From positions 13,206,001 through 13,270,000 of the forward strand of contig OX597832.1 of NCBI GenBank assembly GCA_951406725.2: a stretch of DNA of 64,000 nucleotides, in the 5' to 3' direction. Both the position numbers and the translations under genes were made by a program. Position 1 is the first letter of the stretch; each line of letters begins with the position of its first letter. Positions 44,098 through 60,176 of the stretch are shown here, one piece after another. This DNA comes from Octopus vulgaris (taxonomy: Eukaryota). The notes beneath the pieces were generated by a model. The model ran no database searches and had not been told where the DNA came from. It saw only the letters and a list, made by a program, of their open reading frames with translations.

Positions 44098-44330
44098 AGG
44101 CGGCGAGCTGGCAGAAGCGTTAGCACGCCGGGCGAAATGCGTAGCGGTATTTCGTCTGCTGTTACGCTCTGAGTTCAAATTCCGGCGAGGTCGACTTTGA
44201 CTTTTATCCTTACGGGGTCGATAAATTAAGCACCAGTTACGCACTGGGGTCGATGTAATCGACTTAATACCTATGTCTGTCCTTGTTTGTCCCCTCTATG
44301 TTTAGCCCCTTGTGGGTAGTAAAGAAATAG
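44098..44330 (+). mobile_element. Full-length family B (CORE-type) SINE with TSD
   Basis: ggcggcgagctggcagaa head; tattgtccaaca at 44086-44097 and 44332-44343. Confidence 0.92.
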
Positions 44331-45211
44331 CTATTGTCCAACACGAACTTGAATGATCGAGCGGTGACACAGAAGTGAGTTCATTGAGTAACACCAAATA
44401 TGTTCATTTTTTTTCTTTTCTTAGCGCATCACAGCTTCATTTTTAAAGTATACAATATTAAAATATACAAACTTAAATGTTTCTTTCTTATACATATTTT
44501 TTTCTTTTTATACACATTCCCAATTCAGTTTTTTTTTCAATGTCTTTAGTGCGCAAATTTTCATTTGGATGTTGTAGGCAAATACTATGAGTTAGGATAG
44601 AACCAGAAACGAACAACCAAATAAAGAAATAGATAAATAAACAAATAAAGAGGACTTGCAAGCAAGAACAGTTCCACTAGCAAATTCCAATTATATTATT
44701 GCAACAGTGAAAATTTTAACACAGACATCGTTATAGTTAATGTAGATTGTAACCAATCAGTTAGTACACAACAAGAATCAAGAAAAAAGATCGCAGAATA
44801 TATATTACCCAATATTATTCCACGGCAGTAACAAAGACTAGTTTTCCCTATTGTTAATAATGATACTTCTTGCAACACATTCTTCTATGAACTAATTTGT
44901 AGCCTTCCCTGTAATTTCGCATCAACGATTCTTTCTCTAAACGTAGAGAAATTAATAGCCTTCCATGTTGTCACGAAAAGGAAACCAAAAGTTAATCATT
45001 CATATACATGAAATAGATAGGCATTGATAAAAAGAAAGGAAGAAAAAAAAGATAAATAAGTGAACGTAACTTTGAATTCTATGGTATAAAGCTAAATCAA
45101 AAGCATCTTAGTTAAGTCCGTACATGCAGAATTAGCATAATACCATTAATGATATAAAGAGACCTTCATTATATACATACATATACATAGATTCATATAT
45201 ACATACATATA

Positions 45212-45295
<84 letters not shown>

Positions 45296-45336
45296 CATAT
45301 ATATATAAATATAAATACATATATAAATATAAATAC

Positions 45337-45454
<118 letters not shown>

Positions 45455-45590
45455 TCTGTCCATCAAGATATGCAGACATGGTATTTCTTTGAGATTTTCT
45501 AGACCATAGAAAACAAAAGAAGAAACAACAAGAAACGTGTTTCGAAATATGTTAAAAGAAAGTAGAAAATGATAAAGTCTAACAGAAGGC

Positions 45591-45646
<56 letters not shown>

Positions 45647-45647
45647 C

Positions 45648-45684
<37 letters not shown>

Positions 45685-46378
45685 GTGAGGATAGAGAGGA
45701 GAGTGAGAAAGATGTTGACAATAGAAAAAAAGTTAAGGAAATATAATAAAATAAATACAAATGATAGAAGTCCGTTTCTTATATTGTTGATAATAGAGTG
45801 GTGGAACATACAGGAGAAATGATAGTGATATCTTTGATGATTACTCCGATAATAATTTGCTAATACTTTGTTCTGCAATCAGCAAGCAAGCCACAATTTT
45901 TTTTTTAATGCAGGCTGATATAAAATGTATGCTATTAAGACAATCGCTTTGTAAAACATGAGCATCGTAATGGAAATATGAGGAGAAATGTAGAAAACAA
46001 TTGGAAATTTTCTTAAGCAACCGCGAAAGAATGCATACACATATATACATATATAAATATGTATGCATGTTTGTATGTATGGAATCGCAATAACGTCAGA
46101 ACAGGAAATTACGAGAAGTGCATTCTCTCTCATCAATAGCAGAAGAGAACATTTTTCACGTGTTCGAAAAAAAAAAAAAAAAAAAAAAAAGAGCAAAGAA
46201 GTGAAACGAAAATGAAAATGAGAAACAAGAACAAGCAGAATAGAATGAAGAGGTAAATGAAGAGAGAAAGGATATGGTGAGTATATGAGGAAGAACGAGG
46301 TGATATAGAAGATAATGACCAAGTAGAAGAGGAGAAGTATTAGTAGTACATTTAGTAGTAGTGGATGTATTGGTCGTG

Positions 46379-46487
<109 letters not shown>

Positions 46488-46819
46488 AAACCTGATCATT
46501 TGTAACGTTATGACAGTGGTTGTAAAACGCTTCCATATTACGAAACCAATGTCTACGGCAAGAAGCTGCTGTGTGAATATTCTTTGTACAGTTCAGGATA
46601 TTTTATGAATATTTATTGAATCTAATCTAGCGTTATGATGTAATTATCTTTAAGGAATCACTGAACATAAGTAGCTTCATGCCAGTGCATTAAGTCTTAA
46701 TTGCGACTCTGTTGTGTCAGTATCATTCGCTAATCTCAAATGTCATCGTAGGTTTATGTCAATAGAAATCTGAGAGGTTTTCTAGTTACAGGACACTCAC
46801 TATTGCGGCACTACATGAT

Positions 46820-47705
46820 TATATGTACTCAAAAGAAATAAGAATTACGGAATATCATTTTATTCACATAGTTTTACATGCTAACGCTTTAATCGTCTTC
46901 AGAGTAGTCTCCATTTGAAGCAATGCCTCGGTCCAGGCGCGTTTACCACTATTCGAAGCAGTGCTGGAACACTTGCGAGGTGATTCTTTTTAAGTCCTTC
47001 GTCGAATTTTTTCTTTACCTTTTCCACATCCGCAAATATCGTAGCATCGATTTTTTTCGTCATCAGCGACGACCTTCGAAAAGAGGCCCGGATCAATTTT
47101 CAACAGTTCTTTCAGTTCACGACGCGCATTTTGTCGAGATCGATTTTGATATTTCTTGAGCTAGGTAGGCACAGATTTTGATTCCTCTCTTTTCATTCGT
47201 AATTCCCCGCTCAAAATTCGTTGACAAGAGCTCCACAATATACCAGTCTATTCAACAAGTTTATCAAATTGTTCGGTGATGATCGTCCAAGATCAATCCA
47301 TGAATTTTTATGTTTTCCTTCGTTCAGGTATCCGAGTGTCACCCGGAACGAGATTGGTTTTCAAGCGACTAGTGGCAATTGGCCATTCTTTTTGCTCATG
47401 ACAGCGTCCTTGTAAGCTGTTTGTAGCATGGCAATTGTTTCGGCAGCCTTTTTGCCCAGCACAAATAAGAATTTCGTGGAGCAATGTTGTTCCTTCGTTT
47501 CAGCCATCGTAAAAATCGCCGAACAAGGAAGGAGCACTGAAAAAACAAACACAAAGACGCATCACGTGACTGCATGTGATCACTGAATAGCGCCAGTCGG
47601 CAGAGTGATGCCTGAAGTATCAAGTGGTTTGTAGGAGCGGAAGCCTGAACCATGACGGGTTTGTCTCAGAGAGCGCTTCCGATTACTTCTGAGTAACCTC
47701 TTGTA
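46820..47705 (-). mobile_element. Internally deleted mariner element
   Basis: MAETKEQHCSTKFLFVLGKKAAETIAMLQTAYKDAVMSK is a mariner N-terminal HTH; degenerate TIR-like ends (tactcaaaag.. and ..cttctgagtaacctcttgta). Confidence 0.85.
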
Positions 47706-47715
47706 TGTGTGTGTA

Positions 47716-47788
<73 letters not shown>

Positions 47789-47949
47789 GTGTGCGTGTGT
47801 GTGTATTTTTGTTCCACAGAAGATCTTAGCTTCCCTGATGAATATGTCTCTTGATGAAGACAGATCTCTGCATTATTTCGGGAAATTTAAAATGTGTCGA
47901 TAAACTAAGTTATTGTTTTTCTGTTTAGTGCAAAGACTGAAAGGTTATT

Positions 47950-48850
47950 TGTAGCTCGTTGCTGATGCTTCGTAACGGTTTTACGACTCTGTCACCCTAA
48001 TTAAATTCCTTACATACATGCCTACAGATGCACTAACGTACACACACACGGACACACACAAACTGCGATCGATTTACATACGCACAGAGCGAGAGATGTG
48101 GGGTAAATAAATATAAAGAGGGGTAAAGTTTACAATGAGCCTGGCATAAATGAAAGAGATACTCAAAGAGTGAGAGTGAGAGAGAGGGGGAAGAGAGAGA
48201 GGAGGAAGAGAGAGAGAGACAGATAGACAGAGAATCACAGAGAGAAAGAGAGATTTTGAAATTCTGAAATTTTAAAACTAGTTGAACATTTTTTTAATTC
48301 GGGATATTGATATAAGTTATTCAAGCTGAATCCGATTTTGCGATTCATGTATTATGGAAAAATATTAGAAAAGTTTTACAGAGATTTAAAGCGTGATAAT
48401 TTTTTACCCAATCAGGAAACAGGATTTGGAAAGTAGCATTTTCTGCGTGACAGAAGTGTATATCATAGAATGCAAGTAAATATTACATCACGAAGTTTTA
48501 AACATTCACGAAGATTTAAACAAAATTAAAAGAAATATCATGTAATATGAAGACGGACAGGAGAGAGGGAGAGATAACATGCGTGAGAGATATACTTAAA
48601 CAGAGAGTGATAGAATGTGTAGTAAATATATGCAGAGAGGGAAAGGCATAAGGGAGAATGTGAGATTTATCGATCTAAAAGTTATTTCTCGCAGCAAAAT
48701 ATAAATAATTTTTATTCCCTATAACCGAATTCCTTCCCGTTGGGACTGAGATTTCGAAACTCAAATCCATTTTTCTCTAGGGCACACCGTTTCAAAAGCC
48801 TTTCTGCGCTATAGTCATAAACACACATACGTTCACTTATATAGTAGATA
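47950..48850 (-). mobile_element. Possible degenerate non-autonomous Helitron
   Basis: Minus strand begins tctactatataagtgaacgtatgtgtg, similar to the other Helitron 5' ends; eroded ccgttacgaagc..gagcta 3' end. Confidence 0.4.
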
Positions 48851-49079
48851 TAGTTACAAACTGGAAATTTTCGAAACGTGTTTCTCAAATGTCTAGTATT
48901 GAAATGATGGAGTGCCGGTATTCAGCGAGACAATGTATAATAAGACACGCTGATATATCGGAATATTAGTCAGTTGCTCCGAACACTGCTAAACAAAGAA
49001 TGCAGCTTGATTCTTTCTGTTGACAAATTGACTGCGATTTTTGTTGATCCATTCGTATTGAACCACTTGAAAATCATGT

Positions 49080-49499
49080 ACTCTTTACTCTTACTCTTTA
49101 CTCTTTTACTTGTTTCAGTCATTTGAATGCGGCCATGCTGGAGCACCGCCTCTAGTCAAGCAACTCGACCCCGGGACTTATTCTTTTTTTGTAAGCCGAG
49201 TACTTATTCTATCGGTCTCTTTTTGTCGAACCGCTAAGTGACGGGGACGTAAACACACCAGCATCGGTTGTCAAGCAATGCTAGGGGGACAAACACAGAC
49301 ACACAAACAAACACACATACATACATATATATACATATATATGACAGGCTTCTTTCAGTTTCCGTCTACCAAATCCACTCACAAGGCTTTGGTCGGCTCG
49401 AGGCTATAGCAGAAGACACTTGCCCAAGATGCCACGCTGTGGGACTGAACCATGTGGTTGGTTAGCAAGCTACTTACCACACAGCCACTCCTGCGCCTA
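49080..49499 (-). mobile_element. Full-length family A SINE
   Basis: Nearly identical to 4467-4948. Confidence 0.92.
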
Positions 49500-49660
49500 T
49501 GTAATAGATTCATGTGTTATATTTGTGAAACGCCTAAGAACGATGTATCCGTTATTATTTATGTAGTCTTAGTGTTGACAAAAAACTGAATGTTAATTTG
49601 TTTTTCGATATACGATTAAATGTCGCAGCATTAAAAATCCATTCAAATAGTTTATTTCCC

Positions 49661-50072
49661 ATATTATATATTTCCGTAAGGTGAAATATGGTCACATACT
49701 GAAAAAAATGCCTGCTGAACAACACAAAATTTCCATTGAATATAGCTACAACTTGTTTATTTTATTTTTTTTACATACTATATTGACAACATGAAAATCA
49801 CTGTTTCTTTTCTACATCCTTCTTCAGTTATGGATGGTATCACATATTCTACATAGTTTATTATATATTATATATTTTATATTTCCGTAAGGTGAAATAT
49901 GGTCACATACTGAAAGAAAAATGTCTGCTGAACAACACAAAATTTCCATTGAATATAGCTACAAATTGTTTATTTTATTTTTTTTACATACTTACTATAT
50001 TGACAGCATGAAAATCACTGTTTCTTTTCTACCTCCTTCTTCAGTTATGGATGGTATCACATGTTCTACATA
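49661..50072. repeat. Tandem duplication of a ~200 bp unique segment
   Basis: atttccgtaaggtgaaatatggtcacatactg..ggatggtatcacat..ttctacata occurs twice. Confidence 0.93.
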
Positions 50073-50389
50073 TACCAATCTCATAAAAGCGTAATTTGTT
50101 AACATTGTTCTCTATGTAGCATTTTCGATAAGGGATCATATTTAAATCTGTTTATGAAGAAACAGTGTCTGACAGATCTTTTCAGTAGGGGTTTACATAT
50201 TAAGTCGGAAAGTACCTCCATAAACATAGTTGCATACATAATACATACATACATACATACACACAAACACACACACAAACACACACACACACACATTTAG
50301 ATGCATTTCCTATTACACTGTGTAACATAATTTTCGTCGTTGGGGAGCAACTGTCACTTCCTATTCAATGACCCCTAAAGACAATGAAG

Positions 50390-50595
50390 AATGGCCAATA
50401 TTTCCTTTAAACTTTGATTCTGTTACATTTATTCATACCCCCAAAGAATCCATCTCAATACATGGACATAATATGATCCCTGACTACTGTTCATGATCAA
50501 ATATGCACATCTTGTCAGTTATTGGGGGTGATGCTCATGTAATAAAGGTGAAAAAATCTGACAAGTAAATCTGTGGTATGGAGTAGACTATTTGA
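50390..50595 (-). mobile_element. Ancient SINE remnant, possibly Nin/Deu-domain type
   Basis: Reverse complement ataccacagatttacttgtcag..gatgtgcatatttgatcatg..ttctttggggg; family assigned from recall only. Confidence 0.4.
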
Positions 50596-51849
50596 TACAA
50601 CGATATTTCTGCGTCAGTAACCTAGCGCTAAATATGTCTGAAGTGTAATGGAAAATAGCCCGAAAATAGTAGTCGTTTCTTTTGATTTCTAGATAGAAGC
50701 AAGTAGGAAATTATTTTTACCGAGAAAGTAATAAAAAAACACAAAATAGTTGTTACACATTGTACATACAAAACGTACGTTTTAAATGGTTTCAAAATAT
50801 TATTTGGTCTTATGTTATTATTATAGCTATATATATCTTTCACTTGTTTCGGCCATTAGATTGCTGACATGCAGGGACACTGCCTTCAAAAATTGCAGTC
50901 GAACGAATCGATCCCAGTAATTATTTTAGCCTAGCACTTTTTCTGTCGGACTCTTTTACCTAACTACTAAGATATAGAGCAGTGTTGGTGGACAACTCGA
51001 GTTGAGGATATACGTGTATACACCACATACAAATGCATTCGTACATATATGTATATATACGAACATATACATACACTTCCATATACATTTGTACATGAAG
51101 ACATATATACACGAATACATATAAATTTATACATGTAAATAGATACCTATACAAACACGCATGTCGGTTCAAGATCCAGTGCAAGTTCCAGATTCATCAT
51201 AGTGTAGGTTCCAGGTATGGCATTGGCATCAAATAAGAACACAAAAGAGTTAAAGTTTTTCTACAGCTATTTCAGACACATTTGTTATGGATGGACCCTT
51301 TGATTACATCATGAAAAAGAAATAAAACAAAATAAAACATTTATTCCTGCAGATAAAAAATTGAGTTCGGAGAGGAAAATGCCACAAATTGTGGATTGAT
51401 TCTCTCAGTTAGACATCCAGAAAAAGAATGAACACATCGCAGGTTTCCTAGATTTAACCAGCTATAATGACAGAGATCAATGGGTCATAAAGCAATCATT
51501 GGACAGTATAACAACTAATTTATTCCTTTAAATAGAAAAAGAATGCTTTCTAGAGATAAATGAATACGACAAAAAGAAAAGAAAAAGGGAATGTAAGCGC
51601 TCTCATATACAAATAAACAATTGAATTTATATAATATACGTGATATGTGAAAAAAAAAAAATCATAAAAACCCATAAAAATTTAAAAACTGCAGTTGGAC
51701 ATATTCATATATGTATACACACACTCACATATATAAACATCAGCATGTATATACACACATGCGCAGACATATATATTTATGTATATATATTTGTGTGTGT
51801 GCATTTTTGTATTGTGTGCGTATACCTACACACAGACACACATACACAT

Positions 51850-51891
<42 letters not shown>

Positions 51892-52246
51892 ACACACAAA
51901 CAGAAAACAGAAAATATGAATTGACTCGTCAATTATACAGAGAATAAAATTATGTGTATGTAATACGTAAAATTGCTCCGATGGCAACATTAATTATATC
52001 CCGAAGTACAGTACCGTCAACAATGATATCATTACATAGTATGGTAGATTTCGTATCTATGGAAGACTTAATCACATGTCAGATAAAGCGACATCCGGTG
52101 TGTAGTAGGAAACAAATACGCATAATGCACAACATACAAAGCAACAAGTAATAATACACACATGTATTTATACATACATGCATACATGCATACATACATT
52201 CATATATGCATACATACATTCATACATACATAAATATACATACACA

Positions 52247-52648
<402 letters not shown>

Positions 52649-53798
52649 CGCAATATAATATATTTTGAAATGATAAAAGGTGTTTATTTCTGAATTTTAT
52701 ACATACATACATACATACATACATAGATACCTATAGATACATGTATATCTGCATATACACGCGTGTGTACGCGCGTATTTGTTTGCTTCTTTTGTTTGTG
52801 TGTGTGTGTGTGCGTGCGCTCATATACGAATGTCTGGATGCGTGTCTACAGTGGTAAATTCAGAGACTGTTGTAATATGATGTCTCATCGGAGTATCAAT
52901 ATGTATAAATAGTAAGTATTTTCATTGTTTCCTGGACTTTAGAGCGCTGTGAATGGAATAGTTGTTTATAACAATTTATACAGTTAACAATAATTGCTAA
53001 TTAGTATGGCAAAGTTTTGCTTCGTTGGCAGTTGCTGAACTCAAACGTAATACGAAATATTTACTTCATAATGAACACATATCTTACGTGCTTAGATATG
53101 CAAATCACATATTTTGCGTAAATGAACATTACCAGTCAATGAATGACGCTAATTTAAAGAAATTGCGTTTCCTGGAATCCCTGATTAATACCAGCTATAT
53201 TTATCATAGAGTATTTAACTCATTTGGAAAATTTCACAATTTTCATCAAGTAGCCATGTTCGTTGCTAGTTTTAAGTTAGACTATTTGTTGTATTTGTAG
53301 TGACGTTTCAACTATGTTTCCATACTTCACAGATATATGTTGAAAGCCATTACCACACACTCTCTCTCTCGTGTACACACACATACACACAAAAACGCTC
53401 GCCCACACACACTTACACGCACACGCTTACACACACACGTGTTTGACAAATGTTTAAATTAAGCTTGGTAGTAAGAAGTTTGCTTCCCAACTACATGGTT
53501 TCGAGTTGGGCTCCATCGCGTGGCCCTATGAGCAATGCTTCTAATATAGCCTCGGGGTCGACCAAATGCTTTCGTTGGACATAGACTGGTCGAGAACGCA
53601 GTATATACAAATGTATATATAAATATATATAAATATATATATATATATACACAAATATATACAGACAAGTACATGTACACATAGTTCTGTACACATATAC
53701 ACACACACAAACATATATATATAGGACGCCATGATAAATCGTTAGCTCCTTCACGCATTTGTTCTCTCCGTGTTTCTCTCCTTGTTTTTTTCTGTGTA

Positions 53799-53836
53799 TC
53801 TTTCTGTCGAAGAGCGTAGGCTCGAAACGTAAAAGA
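53799..53836 (+). ncRNA. Hammerhead-like minimal motif with non-canonical core
   Basis: tcttt-CTGTCGA-a-gagc(gtag)gctc-GAAAC-GTA-aaaga; a truncated relative lies on the minus strand at ~25990-26015. Confidence 0.5.
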
Positions 53837-54606
53837 CTTTTTCTATTTCTATTCCTGAGCGCTATACTAATACATTTGTTTGTTTGTACTCCACCTGCCT
53901 TTGTCTTTTGTTTATTTTCGTAAACTTATTATATATATAAATATATATATATACATAGTATATTCATGTTTCACACTCATATATAGAGCATAGTGTCCGT
54001 GTTCATTTTCGTATGTCTATTAACGTAAGAAAATGACTGCCGGATTAGATATTGGCCAGTGTTTCTTTCATACTATAATGTCAATGAGTGAGATTTAAGC
54101 GAGATTTGATAATTTGATCCAGCATTGTGCTGACGTTTAGCCTAAGGTCGTCCTCATCGGTAACCGTAAGCATAGAATCCTTCTCTCAGCTAAAGTAGAA
54201 AGTAAAGTGGGAATGAATTCCTCCCTTTTAATATGGTTGTTGAAACACGAACTCGCACAAGCGCACGTCCACACACGAAAATATATGTGTGTATGTGTGT
54301 ATTTGTATCTATAGATATATACGCCTTTCTCTCTCTTTCTGTATACATGTAAGTATGTAAGTATGTATGTATATATGTATGTTTGTATGTATGTCTGTCT
54401 GTATGTATGTATGTATCCATGTATGTAACTGTTTTTCTGCATATATATTTACATTTTTTTTATATATGTATGTATGAATATATTCTTACGTACCTTAGCA
54501 TATATGTATGTGCGTATGTATGTATGTATGTAGGTAGGTAGCTATGTACACATACACACATACACACACAGACATACACATATATATGTATGTATATACT
54601 TGTATC

Positions 54607-54649
<43 letters not shown>

Positions 54650-55626
54650 GTTTTTCTGTACAGATAGAGATAGGGAGAGAAAAAGAGAATAGATAAATAT
54701 GTAGATGAAGAGAGAGAGAGAGAGCGGAGGGAGAGAGAAAGAGAGAGATATAGAGACAGACACACAAAGACAGGGGGAAAGAAAGAGAGATAGAAAGAGA
54801 GAAAGAAAGACTGACACGCACTTATATATGCAAAATGAATGCGAGACTGAAGTGGATATTGAAAATCAATGAGAGAAAAAACTGAGACTCGATTCAGCAT
54901 TCGGCACAAAACAGAATTTCATTGTGAAACATGTTTCGTGTGGTGTCAGAAGGGAGCAAGCATGTATAATATGTGTATATACGTAAGGACGTACATAGGA
55001 ATGTACATATGGCTCTATGTATGCATATAGGTATGTATGTATGTATGTATGTATGTATGTATGTATGTATGTATGTATGTATGTATGTATGTATGTATGA
55101 CGGATGTGTGTTTACTGTGCTATTACCGACACACTCGTTCATCTGCTACTGATGCAGAGATATACACGGACATGTACACAGTTACAGATAAACACATATG
55201 AATATTCTCTATTGTCTCATCTTGGCGCCATGTTGATGCAAATTAAGGGTGGTTATTGTCATATGGTTTAAAATATTGAAGTAATGAAATAAAAGAATTT
55301 TCTAAGGAGAACCACAGTCTAAGGAAAAATATTAAGACGGTTAAAGGCAGCTGTTAAAGTAGCATTATGAATTCTTTCACGTCATCATATTCAAGTCTTT
55401 AAAATACGTTGGAGTGAAATAAACTAGGGTAGGATAAATGAAATGAAATAAAACAATGACTACATAATGAAAGAATGGAGTGGGACAATTTTTAGGAGGC
55501 CATAGCTTTATGTGAGCTCTTCACACGTATTCATTGTTGCTTCATGTTATTGGTGTCAAAAGCAATTTCTCTCTATCAATAGCGTTACTGCGGTAAATTC
55601 TTCCATATACACCGTGTGTGCACTGA

Positions 55627-56036
55627 CTCTTCTACTCCTTTACTTGTTTCAGTCATCTGAGTGTAGCTATGCTGGAGCACCACCTTCAGTCGAGCAAATC
55701 GACCCCAGGACTTATTCTTTGTAAGCCTAGTGCTTATTCTATCAGTCTCTTTTGCCGAACTGCTAAGTTACAGGGAGGTAAACACACAGCATAGGTTGTC
55801 AAGCGATGTTGGGGGGACAAATACAGATACACAAACATATACACACACATACATGCATACATATATACACATATATACGACGGGGTTCTTTCAGTTTCCG
55901 TCTACAAAGTCCATACATTTTGGTCGGCCCGAGGCTATACTAGAAGACACTTGCCAAAGTTTCCACGCAGTGGAACTGAATCCGGGACCATGTGGTTCGT
56001 AAGCAAGCTACTTACCATACATCCTCTCCTACGCCT
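55627..56036 (-). mobile_element. Family A SINE
   Basis: Reverse-complement match along its length. Confidence 0.88.
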
Positions 56037-57094
56037 ATATAGAAGGTATATATATATATATATAACAAATTAATAAATAAAAACATATGCATATATACAT
56101 ACATATATGTACGTACCTACATTCATATGTATATATACATGCATATATGGATACAGGACACCAAAAAAAAAAAAAAAAACCTCGAACACAATGAGAAACG
56201 AAAACATAAACACAAAACCAAGGAAATGGATATTTTTCTTAAACAAGACATACTACACAAGGAAAATGCCCCTTCTTCAGTCGCCTCTGTTTCATCTACT
56301 GCGCGTTTCGAAGGTAAAGGCAAGACACGATTTATTGAAACATTCCTTCCCGCAAAAGGCAAATTAAATAAATTTTGAGATTTTTTTGCGGAGGGGGAAA
56401 ATGGTAACAAGAACAGGACAGTAAAGACAGTACAAAATATAAACAGTAAAAGACAGGACAAGGAGAATAACAGTAACACTGACATTGAGAGCTGTTAGGC
56501 CAAACGAGAGAAAATATTACGAACGCTTTTTGAGAACGGCGAGAGAGAGACCCAGGAAAGCAGTCTACACTTGAAGGAAGCGAGGTCAGAAAGACAGTTG
56601 TTGTCTCGTCGCGGGTCAGCGACGGGACAGAGGAGGAGGAGTAATAGAAAGGGAGAGAAAAAAAGGGAATGGTTGTAGAGAAAACCAGAAAGAACGAAGG
56701 CTGAGAAAGGGAGGGGGGCAGAAAGGTTACGAGTGCGCTTCATTATTAATATTAAGAAATATATATATACAAGTTACAAATATTGTATATACAACTTGCA
56801 TATATAAGGTATATATATTCATGAAATTTTAAAATATGCATCCTAAGACGCAGTCATGTTTGTATAGTCAACTCAAGAATGTCCCTTCATGATTTCGGGT
56901 TCAGTCCCACTGAGTGGAATCTTGGATAAATGTCAACTTAACTAGCCCTCCATTCACCATTATCTTCTCAGTTAATTTGATGGACAGAAACAGTAATATC
57001 TGCCCTACTCTCCCATTCCCACCCTCTCTCTATGTCTTTCACTGTATATATAAATGTGTGTGTTTGTCCGCGCTCGCACACACACACGTATATC

Positions 57095-57135
<41 letters not shown>

Positions 57136-57140
57136 CGTAT

Positions 57141-57178
<38 letters not shown>

Positions 57179-57183
57179 CGTAT

Positions 57184-57228
<45 letters not shown>

Positions 57229-57239
57229 CGTATATTTAT

Positions 57240-57302
<63 letters not shown>

Positions 57303-58209
57303 GTATATACTTCCTCACCCACACAAGCACATAATACTTGAACACAGACTACATATACATACACATGCAACACGCAACATACATAGACAAAGATAACTTT
57401 TGGCCACATATATATGCCGTACACATGAACATTGTTTGGTCACAGACACATTCACATGCATACACACACACACCATGTGAAAACACACACCTCAACTGCT
57501 ACACAGAACACACAAACACATTACTCACGCAAACACTCACAGACGTTAGATTCACGTGAGAGTGCAGCTTGGACCGCCGTAATCTACAATTTTTAATAAT
57601 TCTCTGTCTGTTTATTCTGTCATATCCCTTTATATCCAAGAGCGTATACACATGTGTATGTACGTGTACGTGTACGTTTGCATGCATGCGTATAATAGGT
57701 CGATGCGCATTTTTCCCTCAATAAAATTCCACTCACAAGTTACTTGCCAACCAGTAACTACGGTGCATTGTGCCATATGTGATTATGTGACTGAGAACTA
57801 GATTACTTAACAAGGTAACCATGGCTGCATACAGGTTGTGAAAATGAAGAGTTTAATCGATAGACACGAAAGCACTACAAGTTGGTCATCTGCGTATTGT
57901 GTAACTTTGGTCCTTGGAACGTTACTAGAAGTGTTAGAGTGCAAACTATCACTGTTAGTCATGGTAAGCTCGTCGATATTTTATTAGAATAAAACAGAAG
58001 GGTTTAGTTTTTATTGTATAATGAGCTATACCGAGCAAAATTGCCTTACATCATGATTCACTCTTCAGTTTCATTCTTCGACTGATTGATTTCCGGAGGA
58101 TAAACTTCATCTACAAGCCGCTACCTTTTCCAAAGATATATTTACTCATAAAAATCATCTCAAGCCCAATTTGAAAAGGTTGAGAATATGAATGAAAAAT
58201 GTAAAAATA

Positions 58210-58393
58210 TAGGCGGAGGCGTGGCCGTGTGGTAAGAAGCTTGCTTCAAAACCACATGGTTCCGGGTTCAATCTCACTGCGTGGCACGTTTGATAAGTGT
58301 ATTCTACTGTAGCCTTGGGCAGATCAAAGCCTCGTGAGTAGATTTGATAAACGGAAACTGAGAGAACCTCGCTGTACTACATATGTATGTATG

Positions 58394-58445
<52 letters not shown>

Positions 58446-58464
58446 TATATACACATACATATAT

Positions 58465-58514
<50 letters not shown>

Positions 58515-58529
58515 ATGTATGTATGTATG

Positions 58530-58564
<35 letters not shown>

Positions 58565-58790
58565 ATATATATATATATGCGTGTGTATGTGTCTTTGTGT
58601 CGGTGTTTGTCCTCCCAGCACCGCTTGACAACAGATGTTGGTGTGTTTACGTCGTTGTAACTTAGCAGATCAGAATAAGTATTAGGCTCGAAAAAATATG
58701 TCCTGGAGGTGATTTTCTCGAGTGAAAACCCTCAAGGCAGTGCTCCACAATAACCGAAATCAAGTTACTGAAACACATAGATGAATAAAA
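58210..58790 (+). mobile_element. Family A SINE with expanded internal microsatellites
   Basis: aggcggaggcgtggccgtgtggtaagaagcttgc head. Confidence 0.85.
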
Positions 58791-60176
58791 ACATAAAAGA
58801 ATATAGCAATCCATAGAAACAAAAATAAATAATAAAATAAAAAAGAAATAATGAGTGATGGATCGGTATATGTGTTTCACTAGTAGCTTATCTATCGATC
58901 TTATCTATCTTTACAAAATCAGAAAAAGAAGGAACCAGAACTGGCTTTGGTGCTATTTGAAATTAGAATACCGAGAGACGTACTGAGTACTGTAACGAAA
59001 TCTATCCAGCGTTCTGTCTATTCTTCCAGTTCGAAGCATCTTTACCTCGAATATTCACACAGAATGACTAGTTTGCTATTGGTGAGCGCAAAAGCTAATA
59101 CATTATACAACATACATACATTAAATATCGTTTATATATATATATGAGAATACAATTCCATATAAATTGTGTTCAAAATAGCGTTTCTTATCATGCTCCA
59201 ATAACTCGATAATTATAACCATCAAATTTGTAAGCTATTGTTCCCTCGCCCATGAATCACACAGCAATATAGAAATGAGCTGAAAATCTGTATTTGAGTG
59301 AAATTTGCACAGCGAAACCATTGTCAGCATTTGGCAGAGTAACAGACAGCCGTAATTAAATTTGTGTTGATGACGTCTCTTAGTAGTGTACAGTGATTTT
59401 TAGTGATATTACTCCTCCCGCCCTATAATCGAGTCATTCTTGGATAAGCTTACCGAATAAAATAACGGCCTGTTAATGTTAATGCATTAGGAAGAAATAA
59501 TTAAATCGCAATTATTGATAAACACTTTTCAGAAAGTAATTATCGGTGTCAGAAATTTCTGTAATGGTATACTGACTAGCGTTGGCATCTAGCCATGGCA
59601 GGTTTTGTATCAAATCTCTTATTCCATGTTAACATTGGCCAAAGTTCCATAAAATGTCTAAATATTTTAATAGAATGCAAGTTAGGTAAATTTCATTAAG
59701 ATTATATCAATTTTATGTTAGCAAAATATCAGGTCTGCAACTGAATCAGATATAAGGAAGATACGTTTGATAGGCATCATTAGAAACTACTTGAAAATTG
59801 ATTCGTATAATCCGATATTTTCGCCCAAATGAGCACAGATACCGAGTATGCATTATGAAGGCATATTTTATGCAGCGTCACGAGGTCGTGTTTCTGTGGA
59901 GGTTGTGTGTTACATATTAAATTTTAAACTGAACTGTAATAAAAACTTATTAGATATTATTATACAACGTATTTAATTGTATATTTAATATAGTGGGATG
60001 TGAATACTTTGTACAATATAAATTTTGACATACCGTTATGGAACAGATCACGTTTCGTAACTGTGGCTATAGAGTCCAACTATAGTTATTTGTATCATAT
60101 AGAACTCTATAGACAGATCCATCGACTATCGAATGTTCTATCACACGCCTAGTATATTACAGATCAATATATGAAA

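Noticed and set aside
44650-44990. Partly open frames including LLTIGKTSL
   Set aside because: Not a complete Walker A; no other motifs
51960-52110. Minus-strand LLHTGCRFI resembling the tyrosine recombinase TGxR motif
   Set aside because: A single short motif followed by a stop; no HxxR or catalytic Y
56262-56325. Minus-strand GAAA..CTGAAGA, a possible type II hammerhead
   Set aside because: No convincing stem I
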